From: Lama glama
Taxonomy: Eukaryota
DNA: 64,000 bases
Direction of reading: 5' to 3'
Assembly: GCA_028534125.1 (NCBI GenBank)
Contig: CM052817.1
Location: 14,820,001 to 14,884,000, forward strand
How positions within the stretch are numbered: position 1 is the first letter of the stretch; each line of letters starts with the position of its first letter. Under the pieces are notes generated by a model. That model made no database searches, was not told the origin of the DNA, and worked only from the letters and a program-made list of their open reading frames with translations. Positions 25,365 through 39,175 of this stretch are shown here, piece after piece. A program made the translations under genes and the position numbers.

Positions 25365-27430
25365 TTATTTTATTTTAATTTTAACAGTTTTATTGAGACA
25401 TAATTCATAAATCATAGAGGTCATTCATGTAATGTGCAAAGTTAAATGGTTTTTAGTATGTTCACAGAGTTGTGAAACTATCACCACAATCAATTTTGGA
25501 ACATTTTCATCTTCCCCAAAAGAAATATGTTGACCAATTACAGTCATCCCCCTTCCTTCTCAGCCCACCTCAGCCCTAGGCAACCACTAATTTCTGTCTA
25601 TAGATTTGCCTATTCTGGACATTTCGCATAAATGGAATCATGCAACATGTATCCTTTGAGACTGACTCCTTTCACTTGACATGTTATCAATGTTCCATTA
25701 CTTTTTGTTGCTGAATACGATTCTGTTGTATAGATACATTTATTTCATTTATCCATTCATCAGCTCATGCAAATTTGAGTTGTTTCCATGTTTTGCTCTT
25801 ATAAATAATGCTGCTGTGAACATTTGTGTATGGTATGTACTTAGGAATGGAATTTCTGGGTCACATGGTATAACTCTATGCTTAAATTTTGAGGAATGCC
25901 AAACTGCACCATTTTGCATTCCCACCAGCAATGTATGAAGGTGCTAGTTTCTTCACTTCCTCTCCAACTCTTGTTACTGTCTTTCTTTTTTATTATAGCC
26001 ATCCTAATGGGTATAAAATGTCTCATTGTGGTTTTGATTTGCATTCTCCCTAGTGGCTAATGATGTTGATCATCTTTTCACGTACTTACTGGCCACTTGT
26101 ATATTTTATTTGGAAACATGCCTGTTCAGATCATTTGCCCCTTTTAAATTTAGGTTTTTATTATTGCATTATTAGAGTTCTTTACTGGATATAAGTCCTT
26201 TATCAGATACATGATTTGCAAATATTTTCTCTCATTTTGTGGGGATATCTTTCAGTTTCTTGATTTAACATAGCATAATATATATGTGACGGTTAATACT
26301 GTATCAACTTAACTGTGCCATGGTGTGGGGGAGGTGCCCAGATATTTGGTCAAACATTCTGGTGCGTCTGGGAGGTTGTTTTTGGATGACATAAACATTA
26401 GCATCAGTAGACTAAGCAAAGCAGTTTACATTCTGTCCTGTGAGTAGGCCTCATCTAATCAGTTAAAGACCTAAATAGAACAAAAAGGCTGACTCTTCCT
26501 TGAGTAGAAGTAACTCCTTTTGCCTGACAGCTTGAGCTAGCACATTGGTCTTTGGACTTAAACTGAAACATCACTGTTCTGGGGGCTCAAGTCTGCTGGC
26601 TATGGGGCTTGAACTTACACCATCTATTCTCCAGTTTGCTGATTGCAGATCTTGGGAATTCTCAGTCTTCATAATTGCATGAGCTGATTCCTTTCTCTTT
26701 CTATCTATGTATTTCTATAGCTATATAGAAATCTCTTTCTATGTATGTATTCATCCTGTTGGTTCTGTTTCTCCAGAGAACCCTGACTAAGATAGTCAAA
26801 TTTATTATTTTTTATATTACTTATGATTTTGATGTCATATCTAAGAAGGCTTTTTCTAACCCAAGGTCATGAAGATTTACTCCTATATTATCTTCTAAGA
26901 TTTTTATAGCTTTAGCTCTTACATTTGGGTCTATGGTCATATCAAATTAATTTTTGTGTATGGTGTGAGGAATAGTTCCAACTTCATTCATTTATATGTG
27001 GATATCAAATTCACTGCCCATTGAGTTTACGTGGCACTCTTGTCAAAAGTCAATCGACCATAACTTTGAATATTTGTTTATTTTAACTTTTTATTCTATT
27101 CCAAGAACGTATATGTTTATTGTTACAGTATCATATTGATCACTATAGTTTTGTACTAAGTTTTGAAATTGGGACGTGCAAGTGTGATCATTCAACTTGC
27201 CACCATTAAGAATTATGTTAGCTGTGATTTTATGTAGGTACCCTTTATTGAGTTAAGGAGTTCCCCTCGATTTCTGGTTTGTTGATTGTTCTTGTGATAA
27301 ATTGTTGGTTTTTGTCAAATGACTTCTCTGTGTCTATGGAGATGATCATGTGGTTTTTGTCCTTTATTCTATTGATAGGATGTATTACAATAACCCATTT
27401 TTTGAATGTTATATTGACATTCCATTTTGG
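25365..27430 (-). mobile_element. L1MB-like LINE fragment split by MLT2
   Basis: 3' end TTTATTGAGACATAATTCA. ORF2 peptide MQIKTTMRH...HCWWECK (25841-26044). L1 sequence resumes after 26794. Confidence 0.88.
26285..26794 (+). mobile_element. MLT2 (ERVL) LTR
   Basis: TGTGACGGTTAATACTGTATCAACTT ... GGTTCTGTTTCTCCAGAGAACCCTGACTAAGATA. Confidence 0.88.
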
Positions 27431-27734
27431 GACAGGTCTTACAAAATTCTCATCCTATGCTTTTTTGGCACAAAATACTGGACTATATCAGTAATACTAA
27501 CTACTGTAATTGGTGGAACCAGTTCAATAATGCCTGGATTGTTGAGGTTTTCCAATCTGAAGACAGGGATATACTTTGATAATCCTACTGTGAGTAGAGA
27601 TTCACTTTCCTACTTCTGCTCTCACTCTGATATTTTCCATCTCTGGTAGCAATGAGTCTTCAATCCAAATGAAAACATGATCAGAATTAGAAGCCCCCAA
27701 GTTAACAAGGGGAAATAGCATAAAAGTCAGCTAC

Positions 27735-28191
27735 CCTATTAGTTTTCTAAGGCTACCCTAACAAAATACCACAAACTGAGTCTCAAATAACAGAAATGTA
27801 TTGTCTCACAGTTTTAGAGGCTCGAGTCCTGAGATCCAGGTATTGGCAAGGTTGGTTCCTTCCGCAGGCTTTGCCGAAGAATCTGTTGTATGTCTGTCCT
27901 CTAGCTGCTGATGCTTTGCTTGGCAATTGCTAGTGTTCTTTAGCTCATTGATGCATCCCCCTGACCCATGTTGATGTTCACATGGGGTTGCCTGTGTGTA
28001 TGGTGTCTGTCTCCAAATTTCCCGTTTTTATAAGGACATCAGTTATACTAGCATAGGGCTCACCCTCATGCCTTCATTTAGCTTAATCACCTCTGTAATG
28101 ACCCTGTCTTCAAATAAGGTCACGTTGTGAGGAACTGTGCATTAGGACTTCAACATATACATTTTGGGGAGGACACAATTGAATCCATTAA
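27735..28191 (-). mobile_element. MLT1B/C MaLR LTR
   Basis: TAACAAAATACCACAAACTG...TTGTCTCACAGTT...CAAATAAGGTCAC...GGACACAATTGAATCCA. Confidence 0.88.
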
Positions 28192-30143
28192 TGCTACCTT
28201 CTGAGAAGTGAATCAAATTGTTTTCTAAAACTTTTGTGTAGAACCTTAAAATAGGCCCTAAAATAAGAAATTTGAAAATGACAACTCCACATTTCTAGTA
28301 TTTAATTTTTATTCATGAAATAAAGTTGAAATATGACTAATTTTGCTTATTTGAATTTTCTCATTTGATGCTAGAAACATTCTAGATTAGAACTAACTAG
28401 CATACGTTCTCAAACTCATTATTTTTGTCTGTGGTTAGGACAGACTTTTATGAAGGTAAAGCCTTTAATTATAGAATTCTAGGAGGTCAGGCATAGTAGC
28501 TGTGGTTTAATTAAGTAAGGTTTTTTGGCATTAGGAAAGAAGAAGGAAAAAAGGATGAAAAGAAAATGGAAAAGTAGGAGAGAAGGAAAAAGAATAATAG
28601 GAGCAGATTGAGGGTAGAAAGAAGAAGAAGAGACTGTCACTTTGATAGATTAATTCTTCCCTGGTGATATGACTGTCAGAGGCACATGATGTAGAATTAT
28701 CACAGATTTTAAAGTCAGATTCAAACAGAACTCTACTAAGTCTGTGTTCTGCATGGGTGAGTCTTTTAAAAAATATATATATATATTTTTCTTTTTTAGA
28801 TTTTAGGGCACTGACAGAAAGGAGTCAAATCCTTGGCATCTATTTCCAAGATTTACATATTCAGCTATACTGACATTTACCTAAATGTTTTTTTTTTTGT
28901 TCCCTCCCATTAAACAAATTTTATTTGAGCTTGCCAAGCAGGAATCCAAGTTTAGCAATAAAAACATCAGCTAAGCAAATAACCAAATAAAGATTAGACA
29001 ATTTGTTTGGAAATTTAAAAACTAGGGCAGTAGCTTAATATTCTAATTATGAACAATTATATAATTTAGAGCAATTTGTTTTTTCAGTCATGTGTACGTA
29101 AACTTAATTATATGAACTAATCTGCTAAATAAGATTAATTATGATTTCTGGAACATTAATTTAAGTGATTGTCCAAAGAATGACATTCTCCAAAGAGTCA
29201 ATTTCTTTATATAACTCTTTTAAGAAAGGAAAATGTCTTAGACTATGTAAATTTACTTAATATTAGAATTGTAGTTACTAGCTACTTGAAATGACTTTGA
29301 AATAATATATTCTCAAGCTTTGCTTTAAATAGGTACATTGACTTGTTTTTTTCCTTGTCATTTTTGGACAAGTGGCTTTACTTGTTCATAATAGGAAATC
29401 ATACATTTATTTAAAAGAAAATCTCTACTGAAAATGACATGTTTGGAGGTTCACAAAGAGCAGAGTGCTAAGGTCAGCCCTTAGGGTGTGCACATTTTGG
29501 AATGTATAAATGACTAATTTACAAAGCAATGGGTAAAGTCAGGTTATGTACAATACACATATTTAAAAACTATAGACAAAGTAAGATTGTTACTGAGACT
29601 ATCCCTCATACCTTACAGGTTTTTAGAAAATAAAATTTGAGGCTTCAGGGCAATAACTCAGGATAATAATAGGGTTATGAACCTTATTATAATTTTTTAA
29701 GCTTACAATTTGACTCAAATTTTGAGTGCAATATATCTTGTAGACCATGAAATTAATTTTTCTTCCTTTTTACTTCTTGTAGGCATGGAAGAGTGTCTAG
29801 TTAGAAATTAGTGCTTCTTGCTGAAGGATGAAGGATGAAGGAAGACATAATGCTGGATATGTATTAGCTAATTTCATCTTTACAAAAACTACTGATATAA
29901 ACAGAGCGAGGGTTCTTTTCTATGTTATAGGTTCTGAAGGATCCCCAATCCCCTTTTAAGTTATTAGTGCATACCTATGGCATGCTTTTTGTCTTACCTG
30001 TTATGTAATTAAAGTTAGCTACTCTGACGTTGACATCTGAATTAGGGTATTTATGTGTGTGTTTTTCTACTAATTTCTGCATTTGCTCTGGCATCACGAA
30101 CCCAGCTTTCTAAGGTTTGATTTCCATCTGAAGATTCAGGGAC

Positions 30144-30245
30144 TGTTATGGACCGAATTGTGTCCCTAAATGCATAATCTCCAATGTGACTATATTTGGA
30201 GATAGAGCCTTTAAAGAGCTAGTAAAGGTCAAATGAGATCAAAAT
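30144..30245 (+). mobile_element. MLT1A/B-like LTR 5' fragment
   Basis: TGTTATGGACCGAATTGTGTCCC...AATGTGACTATATTTGGAGATAG. Confidence 0.75.
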
Positions 30246-30259
30246 GAGTTGCCTGTGTT

Positions 30260-30815
30260 TTTATTAGGTACCTGGGTCTGTCCCTAATTTCAGACCACTT
30301 TAAATTAATTTCTTAGCCTTTTTTGGAGCATGTAGGGAGTTTTGAATTGGAACCCCAAATCCATTTGAGGACAGCTTCCATTCACAGATTCTCAGAAGAA
30401 ATATCCTCTTAGCTTTTTCCTTCCTGGAAGGCCGAAAATAGTTTCCCAGTTATATCCCTTTGCAGGGCTGCTGTTTTTCTGTTCAGTCTCTCATTCGAGG
30501 CACAACCTGTGAGACTCTTGGCTTAATCAGCATCTCTACTCTAATTCCCTATTTTGTGTAGGCCCAAGACTTTTTCTCAGCCATTAAAACCCAAGGCTCT
30601 TGCTGTTTAGAACCAGTGTCCTTGGGCAGCTGCCAGCTTTAGTGCTGCTCACGAGTTCAAATTCATTGTGGGCTCCTTCACTTCTGAATACTCTCTTATC
30701 CTCTTGTGAGCTTAGCTATGCATTTAAAATAATTTTTGTAAAGTTTTATTCAGTATTTTCTGTGGGACATTTTACAGGATATGTAGCCTGCAGTGTTGCT
30801 GGAAGTAGAATTCCC
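30260..30815 (-). mobile_element. Possible ancient L1ME/HAL1-type 5' region
   Basis: General resemblance to recalled antisense L1ME/HAL1 5' ends (ends ...GTGTTGCTGGAAGTAGAA). Weak. Confidence 0.4.
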
Positions 30816-30849
30816 ATTTTAAATACCTTAAACTGTATCTCCTTTTTCT

Positions 30850-31360
30850 TGTCATCTGTTTCTGTGTAACAAATACTCCAAAGTTGGCGATTTGTAAAAA
30901 CTACTAGTTTATTGTGCTCATATGTGGGTCAGGAGTTTGGGCAGGGCTCAGCTGTGTGATTCTTATACCCTGTGTGGTACCACCTGGGTTCACTCGATAG
31001 TTTTCAGCAGAAGGCTAACCTGGTCTGGAGGGTCCAAGGAGGGTTTTATGAACATGTCTGGTACCTTGGTGCGGACAGCTGGAAGTCTGGGCTCAGCTAA
31101 TTTGTTCTCTCTCTCCATGTGGTCTCAGGGCCCACCTTCATAATTTCCCGAGTAGAGTCATCAGACTTCTTACATGGTAGCTCAGGGTACCAAGAACTAG
31201 TGTTCCAAGAGACCAAGAAGTAGAAACTGCCAGTCTCTAGGTCTGGAAATCAGCACATTGTCACTTTGACCACATTCTGTTGGTAAGCCTAGAGCCACCC
31301 AGATTTAGTTGTCTATGGAAGGGGTGTCAAAGAATCAGTGGCTTGATTCAGTTTCCCACA
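30850..31360 (-). mobile_element. MLT1 (G/H-like) MaLR LTR
   Basis: CTGTGTAACAAATACTCCAAA...GTGGGTCAGGAGTTTGGGCAGGGCTCAGCTG. Confidence 0.8.
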
Positions 31361-33149
31361 TTACTGGATTAAATCCTTAAGCCTTTCTTGATTTATTCCA
31401 CCATTTCTTCATATTTTTGTTGCTGCAGAAATTAGATTTAACTGGCATGTTTCGAGCTCTCAGGGAATTGATATACTCAGTCGCCAGTCTCCGTTGTCAT
31501 GTCATGGTGGTGTTGCTTCTTTTACTTGGATAATATATTCAGTTTGGGAAATGGTTCACTTAATTTACATGGATATGATAGGCCATCAAGTTTTTCTAAA
31601 TAATTGACATTATGTTACTCACATAAACCCGATTAAAAGAAATGATTGTTTTTATCAGCATGAAATTTTAAAATGTTTTTTAGTTTTGCTGGTGTTGATA
31701 GATATAAAAGGAGTCCATTTTGCAACAAATCTCTGCAGTTGATATTTAATTTCCACTAAGTAGAAAAAAGTTTGAACGTTATCTAAGGGATATTCCAATA
31801 AACATTTTGGAAAGATAGACTGTGCTTTAATAAAATAAATATAAATTAAGGTATTTCAGGAGTATTTGCTTATCTTTATTTTCATGTTATTAGAACAACA
31901 TTTGGATACAGTGTTTCCACACTTCACTGGGTCCAGCCAGAGCCCGTGAACGGGGAAGACTAACTATCCTGTTGTGTGTAGGTAGCCTTTTAAGAATCAG
32001 GGTTCCAATTTATAGGTTAGACAGGTGTCAGGGAGCAAAATACGGGTTACAATGTACAGGGATGACATTCTGTGATGGAAGAAAATTTGCTGCTGGATTA
32101 CCTAACACTTTTCCCTTTTAAATACTGCCTTTGACTAATTCAAGAAATAGAACTTTCCTGGTTATCAAATAATTCTTATAAACTAAATAAGCAAAGCTTA
32201 TAAATAGTGTGACCCTAATGTCTTAGATGAGCTCTAACTTCAGAGGATTACTTCTTAAAATCACAGGACTAAATTATTTAAAGAGCCATTTCAAATTAGT
32301 CAAAAGGCTATCACTCCATTAGACTGAATCCTCCATTAGCATAAGCAGTATCAGACGGGCACAGCTTCTGTCTCATCAAGAAAATACTAATCCTAAAGGT
32401 CTGATTTTCTTAAATATTTCTGGGCTTAATTCTAAACCTTCTCAGGTTGGAAAAACCATTATTTCACTAAGGAAAACAGTTATTATAACTCATCATTGAC
32501 ATCATTAAAAGATATTTATGCTGGAAGAATGCTGTTACTCTGATGTGATGATTTCTTGAACCCAGTTTTTGTTTGTTACATTAATGATTTCATAACTCTA
32601 AGATGATCAGTTAGCTCATTATCCTAGATTCAAGTTACATCCATGATCTAATTCTTCAATTTCCTAACAGTCCTTTCACTCAAGTTGGTGAACTTCAAGT
32701 TAAGTAAATGTCTTTCTCCACCTAACCTTAAAGACCTTGCACTTGATGGGATCCTGACAAGAACTTTAAATCCTTTGGGCCTGATGGCTCTTGCATTTTT
32801 TTCATTCTTAGAACCATAAAACTCTTTGAAATACTAATATACATTTATTACTTATCTATTATGTCATTATACATTATGTGTTATTAATGTAAAAGTATAC
32901 ATACACAATTTAAATTGAATATTTCATGTCTAATTTAAGGTCACAACCTGTGGTATCATTCTACTCATATTCCCTTTGAGTCAGAAAATCCATTTACCTG
33001 AAGTATTTACATTTTTCTTTCCTGTACTCTTTAACAGTGCAATAAATTAGTCAATAAAGCCAGCATGATCAAATAATAAGACTCAACACTTTAAGTTAGC
33101 TTTTCTCTTTTGTAAAAAATTAGATACTAACAGTTTTTCAGGTTTAATG

Positions 33150-33440
33150 TGTGTCAATTGACCAGAGCCATTATCCTCCTTTTGGTGCTCAAATTGTCTC
33201 AAGTACACTTTAAATTGGTTCCTGTGGTCTTTTGACTTAACACCATTAATCTTCGAACACTTCCTAGCTTTCTGACACAGCTAGATGCCCCAGTTTCACA
33301 CGAAACCTTCCAGCCTGAACATGAAATCAAACTTTTTTTTCCGAGAGACCCCATGCTCCTTGGCACAGAGCACATACAGAATGACCTTGCTCCTGGGCCA
33401 TGTCAGTGGACAGGGCTGAAAATGACATCTTTTTCCAACA
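33150..33440 (-). mobile_element. L1MC4/5-like 3'UTR fragment
   Basis: TTTTGGTGCTCAAATTGTC...TTGGTTCCTGTGGTCTTTTGAC...CACTTCCTAGCTTTCTGACACA. Confidence 0.65.
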
Positions 33441-33454
33441 GAATGGCCTGAATT

Positions 33455-33650
33455 CTTTTTTTCAGCTTTGTTGAGGTGAAATTGACAAACAGAAATTGTA
33501 TATGACTAAGGTATACAAGTTAATGCTTTGATATCTATACACATTGTGACACAGTCACCACAAATCAAGCTGATTAACATACTCAGCACCTCACAGTCAT
33601 CCTTTTCTTTCTCTCTCTCTCTCTTTTTTTTTTTTTGTGGTGAGTATGCT
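33455..33650 (-). mobile_element. L1MA9/10-like 3' end
   Basis: TTTTTTCAGCTTTGTTGAGGTGAAATTGACAAA...ATCAAGCTGATTAACATA...CACCTCACAGT...TTTGTGGTGAG. Confidence 0.8.
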
Positions 33651-33739
33651 GTACCCAGTGAAGTTTCCCGAGGTCTCATTCCCTGCTCCTGTCCTACTCT
33701 AGTTACTCCACTAAGTGACACTCTTGGCGATAATAGAAT

Positions 33740-33786
33740 AACAACAACAACAGCAACAACAACAACAACAACAACAACAGCAGCAG
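33740..33786 (+). repeat. (CAA)n microsatellite with CAG interruptions
   Basis: Directly visible ACAACAACAACAGCAACAAC...CAGCAGCAG. Confidence 0.95.
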
Positions 33787-35445
33787 ACTGCTCTGTTTCC
33801 CCGAAGAGCACTACCTCATGTCGTGCTCTGCTCCATTTTTGCCATTTAGTATACATATAGAGCAGAGAAGCCATACGAGTGCAACAAGTTCCACTGGCTG
33901 GAGGGGTCCCTTAGTCACTTAGAAAATGACTGTGATTTTTCTATCCAGGGGGATATGCCCATGTCCTGGTTATTCTGTACCTGCTCTTTGGATACCCAAA
34001 CCTTTTCAAATAATATGAATGTCAAGAATAACTTGCTCTGGAACTAGGTTCCTTGCTGGGGATTGTAGACTTAGATCAAGGTTCTCATATTATAGGCCAC
34101 GATTTCCATATGTATGTGAAATCCCAAACATCAAGGATCAATCTATTTTTTTCCTACCCTTGGCACTCTGACAAAGTAGAGAAGGGAAACTCTGATATTA
34201 AGGGAAGACTAAATATTCTCAGTGAATGTGGGAACAAGTGGCCTGGACTGTCCAATGATCAGGATGGACACATGAGCTGCAATTCTGTACTCTGGGGAAC
34301 TCAGGTCACTGAAATTATCCTGAGCGATGCATAAAGGTTCCAGCTCATATTCTGACTGTTTCTCTCCAAAGGGGAGAACCTATTTCTGGAGAACATGGAA
34401 GTGTCACTCACAAAGCCTTGTTCTGACTGTGAGCCTTATCTGCATATACGTGTGCTACCAGGTCAGTGATGCATTTATTCCACAGCAGCATGGGGTCTTT
34501 CCAGCTGGAGACGAGACCTGGGTAAAGGAATTCTGGACTAAAAGTATCTTTCACCTGGATGGACTGTGCCCTGTGAAATTCTCTTCACCATCCCTGAAGT
34601 TGAACTGTGCTTGAGATCACCCTTGTATATCCACACATCTCAGCGTAAATCTCTACATTGTAAACAAGAGACTTGTGAACGCTAGCTCTTCACTATGTCA
34701 AAATGACCATGAAAACAAGGCAAACTTCTTTAAATCACAGATAACACTTAAAATTTGGAAAGCCTGGGAAGGGACTCCTAGTTTTTACCACTTTGTGTGA
34801 GCCTCAGACTTAAAATAGGAAAAGGCAATCATCTTGGGGCATTTGCCTCTGGCTGAGGGGAGACACAACAAGGTCTTAAAGATTCGGGAGATGATGGACG
34901 AGTAACCTTAGGACCACTCCTGCGAGCTAAAAACCACTTGGTTATTCTGTGGCTGCCAGTAGGATGCTCTCCTTCCCTGGCTCTATTGTGTTTACGACCC
35001 TCAAGGGGCATTTAGAGATAATGAACAATTACAAGTTTTGGAAACGCGGATTTATAGCCTGATAAATGTCCAAGTAAAAACTGGTGGTTTATTTATCCCG
35101 AGAGGGGCATATGATGTGGAACTCACCCCCTCCACAATCAACAGAAATTCTTGCCACATGTTCTAAAAGTAAAAAACAAAATCTCAATTATTAAAGAAAT
35201 CCTTGATTTTTATACACTCTGCACAAATAACTGCAATCCCTTAGAAAGCCTCAATATTTTACCAGATAGAATACTAGAAAGGCCTTTCAAAGTCCATCTT
35301 TCTTTCCGCTGCTGAACATCAAAGTGCCTCATCTTCCCTGTCTGACCAGCAAGGGGCCCTTTCCCTCTTTGCTGACCACAAGGCAGTGTTGGAGGGGGTC
35401 TTCAGACAGAAATGAAGACCTTCTTTTTCTGTGCTGAGCTACAAG

Positions 35446-35948
35446 TGCCGAGTGAAATAAAAGCACAACCTGAAAGTTGAGGGTCATGTTTTTGGCAGAT
35501 TTCCTTAGGACTGGAGCCAGGGACACAGCATCTCAGACCGCTCTAACAGGCTGTTCCAGAGTGGCAAGGTAGAGGCCAGGATATATGAGTTTTTGCAACA
35601 AAGACCAGCTGGTCAGAATATCAAAAGATTATTATTAATTGAAGAAAACTAGATAGCTCAAGTGAAGGAATTTAGCGCTTTTCTATGTATGGGAAGGTGC
35701 AAAGGTCTGGGCTCATTGAAATCATTCCTTTGATATGAACCTGGCTGTCTAGGGCCAGTATCTTGTTCTTTTACATCCTGAGTTCCCTCAGGGTGCACTC
35801 TTGCAGGTGGTTGCAGAGGCTAGGCTGCCTGCTTGTCTGTATCTGGAGTTCCCTCTGCTCACTATCAGGGGTGGCCATAGCAGCTGATGACTTGATGACC
35901 ACGGCATTCTTTGTTTACTGAAATAGCTGGCAATATTTTTCATTCACA
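35446..35948 (-). mobile_element. ERV1 solo LTR (cetartiodactyl MER41-like)
   Basis: TG (35446)...CA (35948) with exact 4-bp TSD CAAG (35442-35445, 35949-35952). Internal CTCAAGTGAAGGAATTTAGCGCTTTTCTATGTATGGGAAG matches recalled artiodactyl LTRs. Confidence 0.85.
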
Positions 35949-36329
35949 CAAGCATGTGGTGGTCTCTGGTCACAGGGTGGTGAGAGCTTTTCTTCCTTCC
36001 AAAAATGTAATTATTTTAAGTAGGCACATCTTATATTAAAATCATAAGGTGTGGTTTTCTGTGTTACAGCACTTGTCTCCAACAATAGTGAATGTCTTCT
36101 TTTTTCCATCTCCCATCTGTAGCCATCACACTCCCCTCTGGCTTGTAGATTTCACCTCTCTACTCCTCCCTTTCTGCCTCCTCCTCTTTTATCTCTGGCT
36201 GAGATAGTTTTTTTCTTCTCCTTCCCAGTTTCCCTCCTAGCCTTTGGTTATGTCAGTCACCATCAATTCCCTTCCCTCCATCTAACACCATGTCAGCGCC
36301 TTCTTCCCTTTCCCAGGTTGGCTTTAAAC

Positions 36330-36860
36330 AAGATTCTCTGCTTGAGGTTCTTCGGACCACCTATTTTCAGACAACTTGGGCTACAGACCAGTGTAAGAAC
36401 TCGTTATGGTTAAAACTTCTGAGGAGTGTTTTTCCCCTTTGCTAAAGGGACAGACCTCAGACAAGCAGTTTTCCTTCTAGAATCCTCGAGGATATGGAAT
36501 GAAAATTTTATTCCATTTTATTTTGAGGATGAAGCCCTTTGGGATTCTAGCTGTGGAAGTGAGTATTTCCTATGACTTTCTTTACAGCCCTGGGCCTACT
36601 TTCCTATACCTGTAAGGCTGTGACAAACCAAGGATTAATTTTCCAGGATTCAGTGAATGTTCTTACATCTAAGGCTGGCTCAAGTTCCAGTGCTCTCTAA
36701 GTGTCTACCTTGTTTCCGCCTCTGATCACAGTGTTACTTACTTTCCATCCAGTGCTTTGATGCTTGGAAGATTATTTAAAAAAATCTATCATCTTGAGTT
36801 TTCAGTTGGTTTCAGAGGAAGGGTCAATTAGTGGCTCTTACTACTCACTTGCCTGCCAAA
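36330..36860 (-). mobile_element. Possible ancient L1ME/HAL1-type 5' region
   Basis: Loose resemblance to 30260-30815 and to recalled HAL1/L1ME 5' ends. Weak. Confidence 0.35.
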
Positions 36861-36929
36861 ATTGCCATATTACCAGACACAGTTCAGGATAAGATTTTCT
36901 GAGAGTTGAACCAGAGTTGTCCTATAAGA

Positions 36930-38600
36930 AACCCATGTCTTTTTTTATTAATTGCTACACTTGATTTGCCATCATTTTATTTGGGGTTTTTGCATGTGTG
37001 TGCATATGTAAGATTTGTCTGCAGTTGACCTTTCTCGCATTGCCCTTGCCTAGTATTTGTGTCAAGGTTGTATTAGCTTCACAGGATGCCTTGGGACTTT
37101 TTCTGTTCTTTCATGGAATTTGTGTAAAATTGAAATGAAAATTGGATTTGATGGATGATTATTGTAAAACTGACATAATGCTTCTTTGTGGAGAAATTTT
37201 AAATAAGTGATTTTATTTATTGGTTTTAGGATCATTTAGGTTTTCTGTTTTTTTTTCCGTCAGCTCTGGTAGTTCAATATTTTTTTTTTAAAGTTTGGCT
37301 TCTCACTGAAGTTTTAAAATTTATTAGTCAAGAATTTTTAAACCCTTGATGTATTTTCTTCCATACTGCATTTGTAGTTGTATCCCCTTTTAAATTTCTA
37401 GTATTATTTATTTATCCTTTCTTCTCCTCAGCAGTCTTTTCAGTGGTCTGTTGTTTTTATTAATCTCTTCATATAACTTACTTTTGGCCAAGTTGAATGT
37501 CACTATATTGTATATTTGTTTTCTATTTGATTAATTTCTTTTCCTATCTTTATTTTCTTTTTCTTAAAAAATCCTTTTGAGTTTATTATAGTTCTTTCTT
37601 TACTTTCTTATTTTGGATGCTTAAAGCGTAGTTTTTAAGGTCTCTGTTTTTCTAATACACATGCATTTGGGACTATACATTCCCCTCTACAAACCACTTT
37701 AGCTGTATCCCTCAACTTTTGATAGTTGGTGGTAGTACTTTTAAATGTTTATTCATTTCCATTATGATTTCTTTTTGTTCTTGTAGATTTTATCTTAATT
37801 ATATTCTGGTCAACTAATGTGGTTTTATGTTACTGGTTATGATTTTATTTGTTTTATGATTTAGTACATGTGGATTTATGTAAGCATTTCATGTCTTCTC
37901 CAGTTGTTAAGTGCAATGTTTTATATGTATCCATTGGTTCAAGCTTGCTAATTGTGTTGTTTAAATGTCCTCTATTCATGCAGTTTTTTGCTTTGTTCTG
38001 TTTTGTTTTGCCTACTTTAGCTGTTGTAGGGGAGGAAACCATCTTTTCCTTCAACCCTTCTTAGGTTTATTGGCTGGGGCTCTGTAAATTAGGCCAATGG
38101 AATACAGATTAATAAGAGAAAAAAACCCAGAAGTTTATTAGCATGTGCACTGTACATACACTTGAGAGCTTTCAGAGATGTATACCTTCAAACGGTGGTT
38201 TAGAATTAGTAGGGGGAAAATAGGGCGAGAAGGGGCACTTACAGAATAGCAAATGATTTTTTGGAAAGATAAATGGGCTCTTAGGAGAATGAATAGAAAT
38301 GTGATAGTTTGTAACTGTCTTGGTGTGGGGCTGCTCTCTTGCTCCAAGAAGAGAAGACTAAGAGTTACTCTGGGAAAGGGATTTACGACAATTGAGCTCT
38401 TTTGGGAAGCTCTGCTTTTAGACATCCAAGGGATTTAAGAAATTCAAATGCCTTTAGCACAAAATAATTCTCATGTCAAAGTGACATATTTTGGGGTGGC
38501 AAATCCTGATCCCCTTTACTATCAATTGTTGAGAGAGATGTCTTAAAATCTCTCACTGTGACGGTGTACTTGTCACTTTTGTAAGGCATTTGTAAATCTT
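36930..38600 (-). mobile_element. Old L1M ORF2 fragment split by an LTR
   Basis: T-rich antisense ORF2 motifs (CACTTTAGCTGTATCCC, GTCAAGGTTGTATTAGCTTCA). Resumes after 38522 with TTGAGAGAGATGTCTTAAAATCTCTCACTGTGA. Confidence 0.75.
38025..38518 (-). mobile_element. LTR39-like ERV1 solo LTR
   Basis: TGTAGGGGAGGAAA ... ATATTTTGGGGTGGCAAATCCTGATCCCCTTTA. Near-TSD CTGT/CTAT. Confidence 0.8.
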
Positions 38601-39132
38601 CTTTTAAAAAAGATTTTTTAAATCCTTATTTTTTCCAACTACTATAGTAACACAGAATTGTTAGAAAAACTCCAAACAATACAGAAATAAAGAAAAATTA
38701 GGAAGGAATATCCCTGGTATTTCCACATAATCATTATTAACCATTTGGTGTATAGTTTTTACATAATGTCTTCAAGGTGTGTCCATATTTGTGTGCATGT
38801 ATGTGTGCAATTCCTGGAAAGTGTTTTAATTGGGAGACTACACTGGGAAGATGTTTTAAAAGGAATGGTTATTACCACCATCTCACAGACAAAGGTAATT
38901 TTAAAACAAACAATAAAATGTAATCAAGATGTCAGCTGGGTTCTCCCAGTCCCTTGAGGACTAGATTAATCTAATTTAAACTCACCCTCAAAGCCATATG
39001 GAAAACTCTACTTTAGCCTATATTTCTTTGAATTCCCAGATAGCCTATATTCTCACAGTTATTTCTTCTTCTAAATATGTCCTCTTTCTGTTCTGTTCAC
39101 AGTCAACCCAAGGTAAAACCCAGTTTCTTCCA

Positions 39133-39175
39133 CAACAACAACAACAACAACAACAAACAACAACAACAACAACAA
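39133..39175 (+). repeat. (CAA)n microsatellite
   Basis: Directly visible, with one single-base interruption. Confidence 0.95.

Noticed and set aside
29760..29830. Strong plus-strand acceptor TTTTTACTTCTTGTAG (similar ones near 2994 and 55600)
   Set aside because: There is no convincing paired donor or open coding exon. Isolated acceptors are common in AT-rich DNA.
33506..33874. Poly-Val / poly-Thr ORFs
   Set aside because: They are produced by the (CAA)n microsatellite plus L1 sequence.
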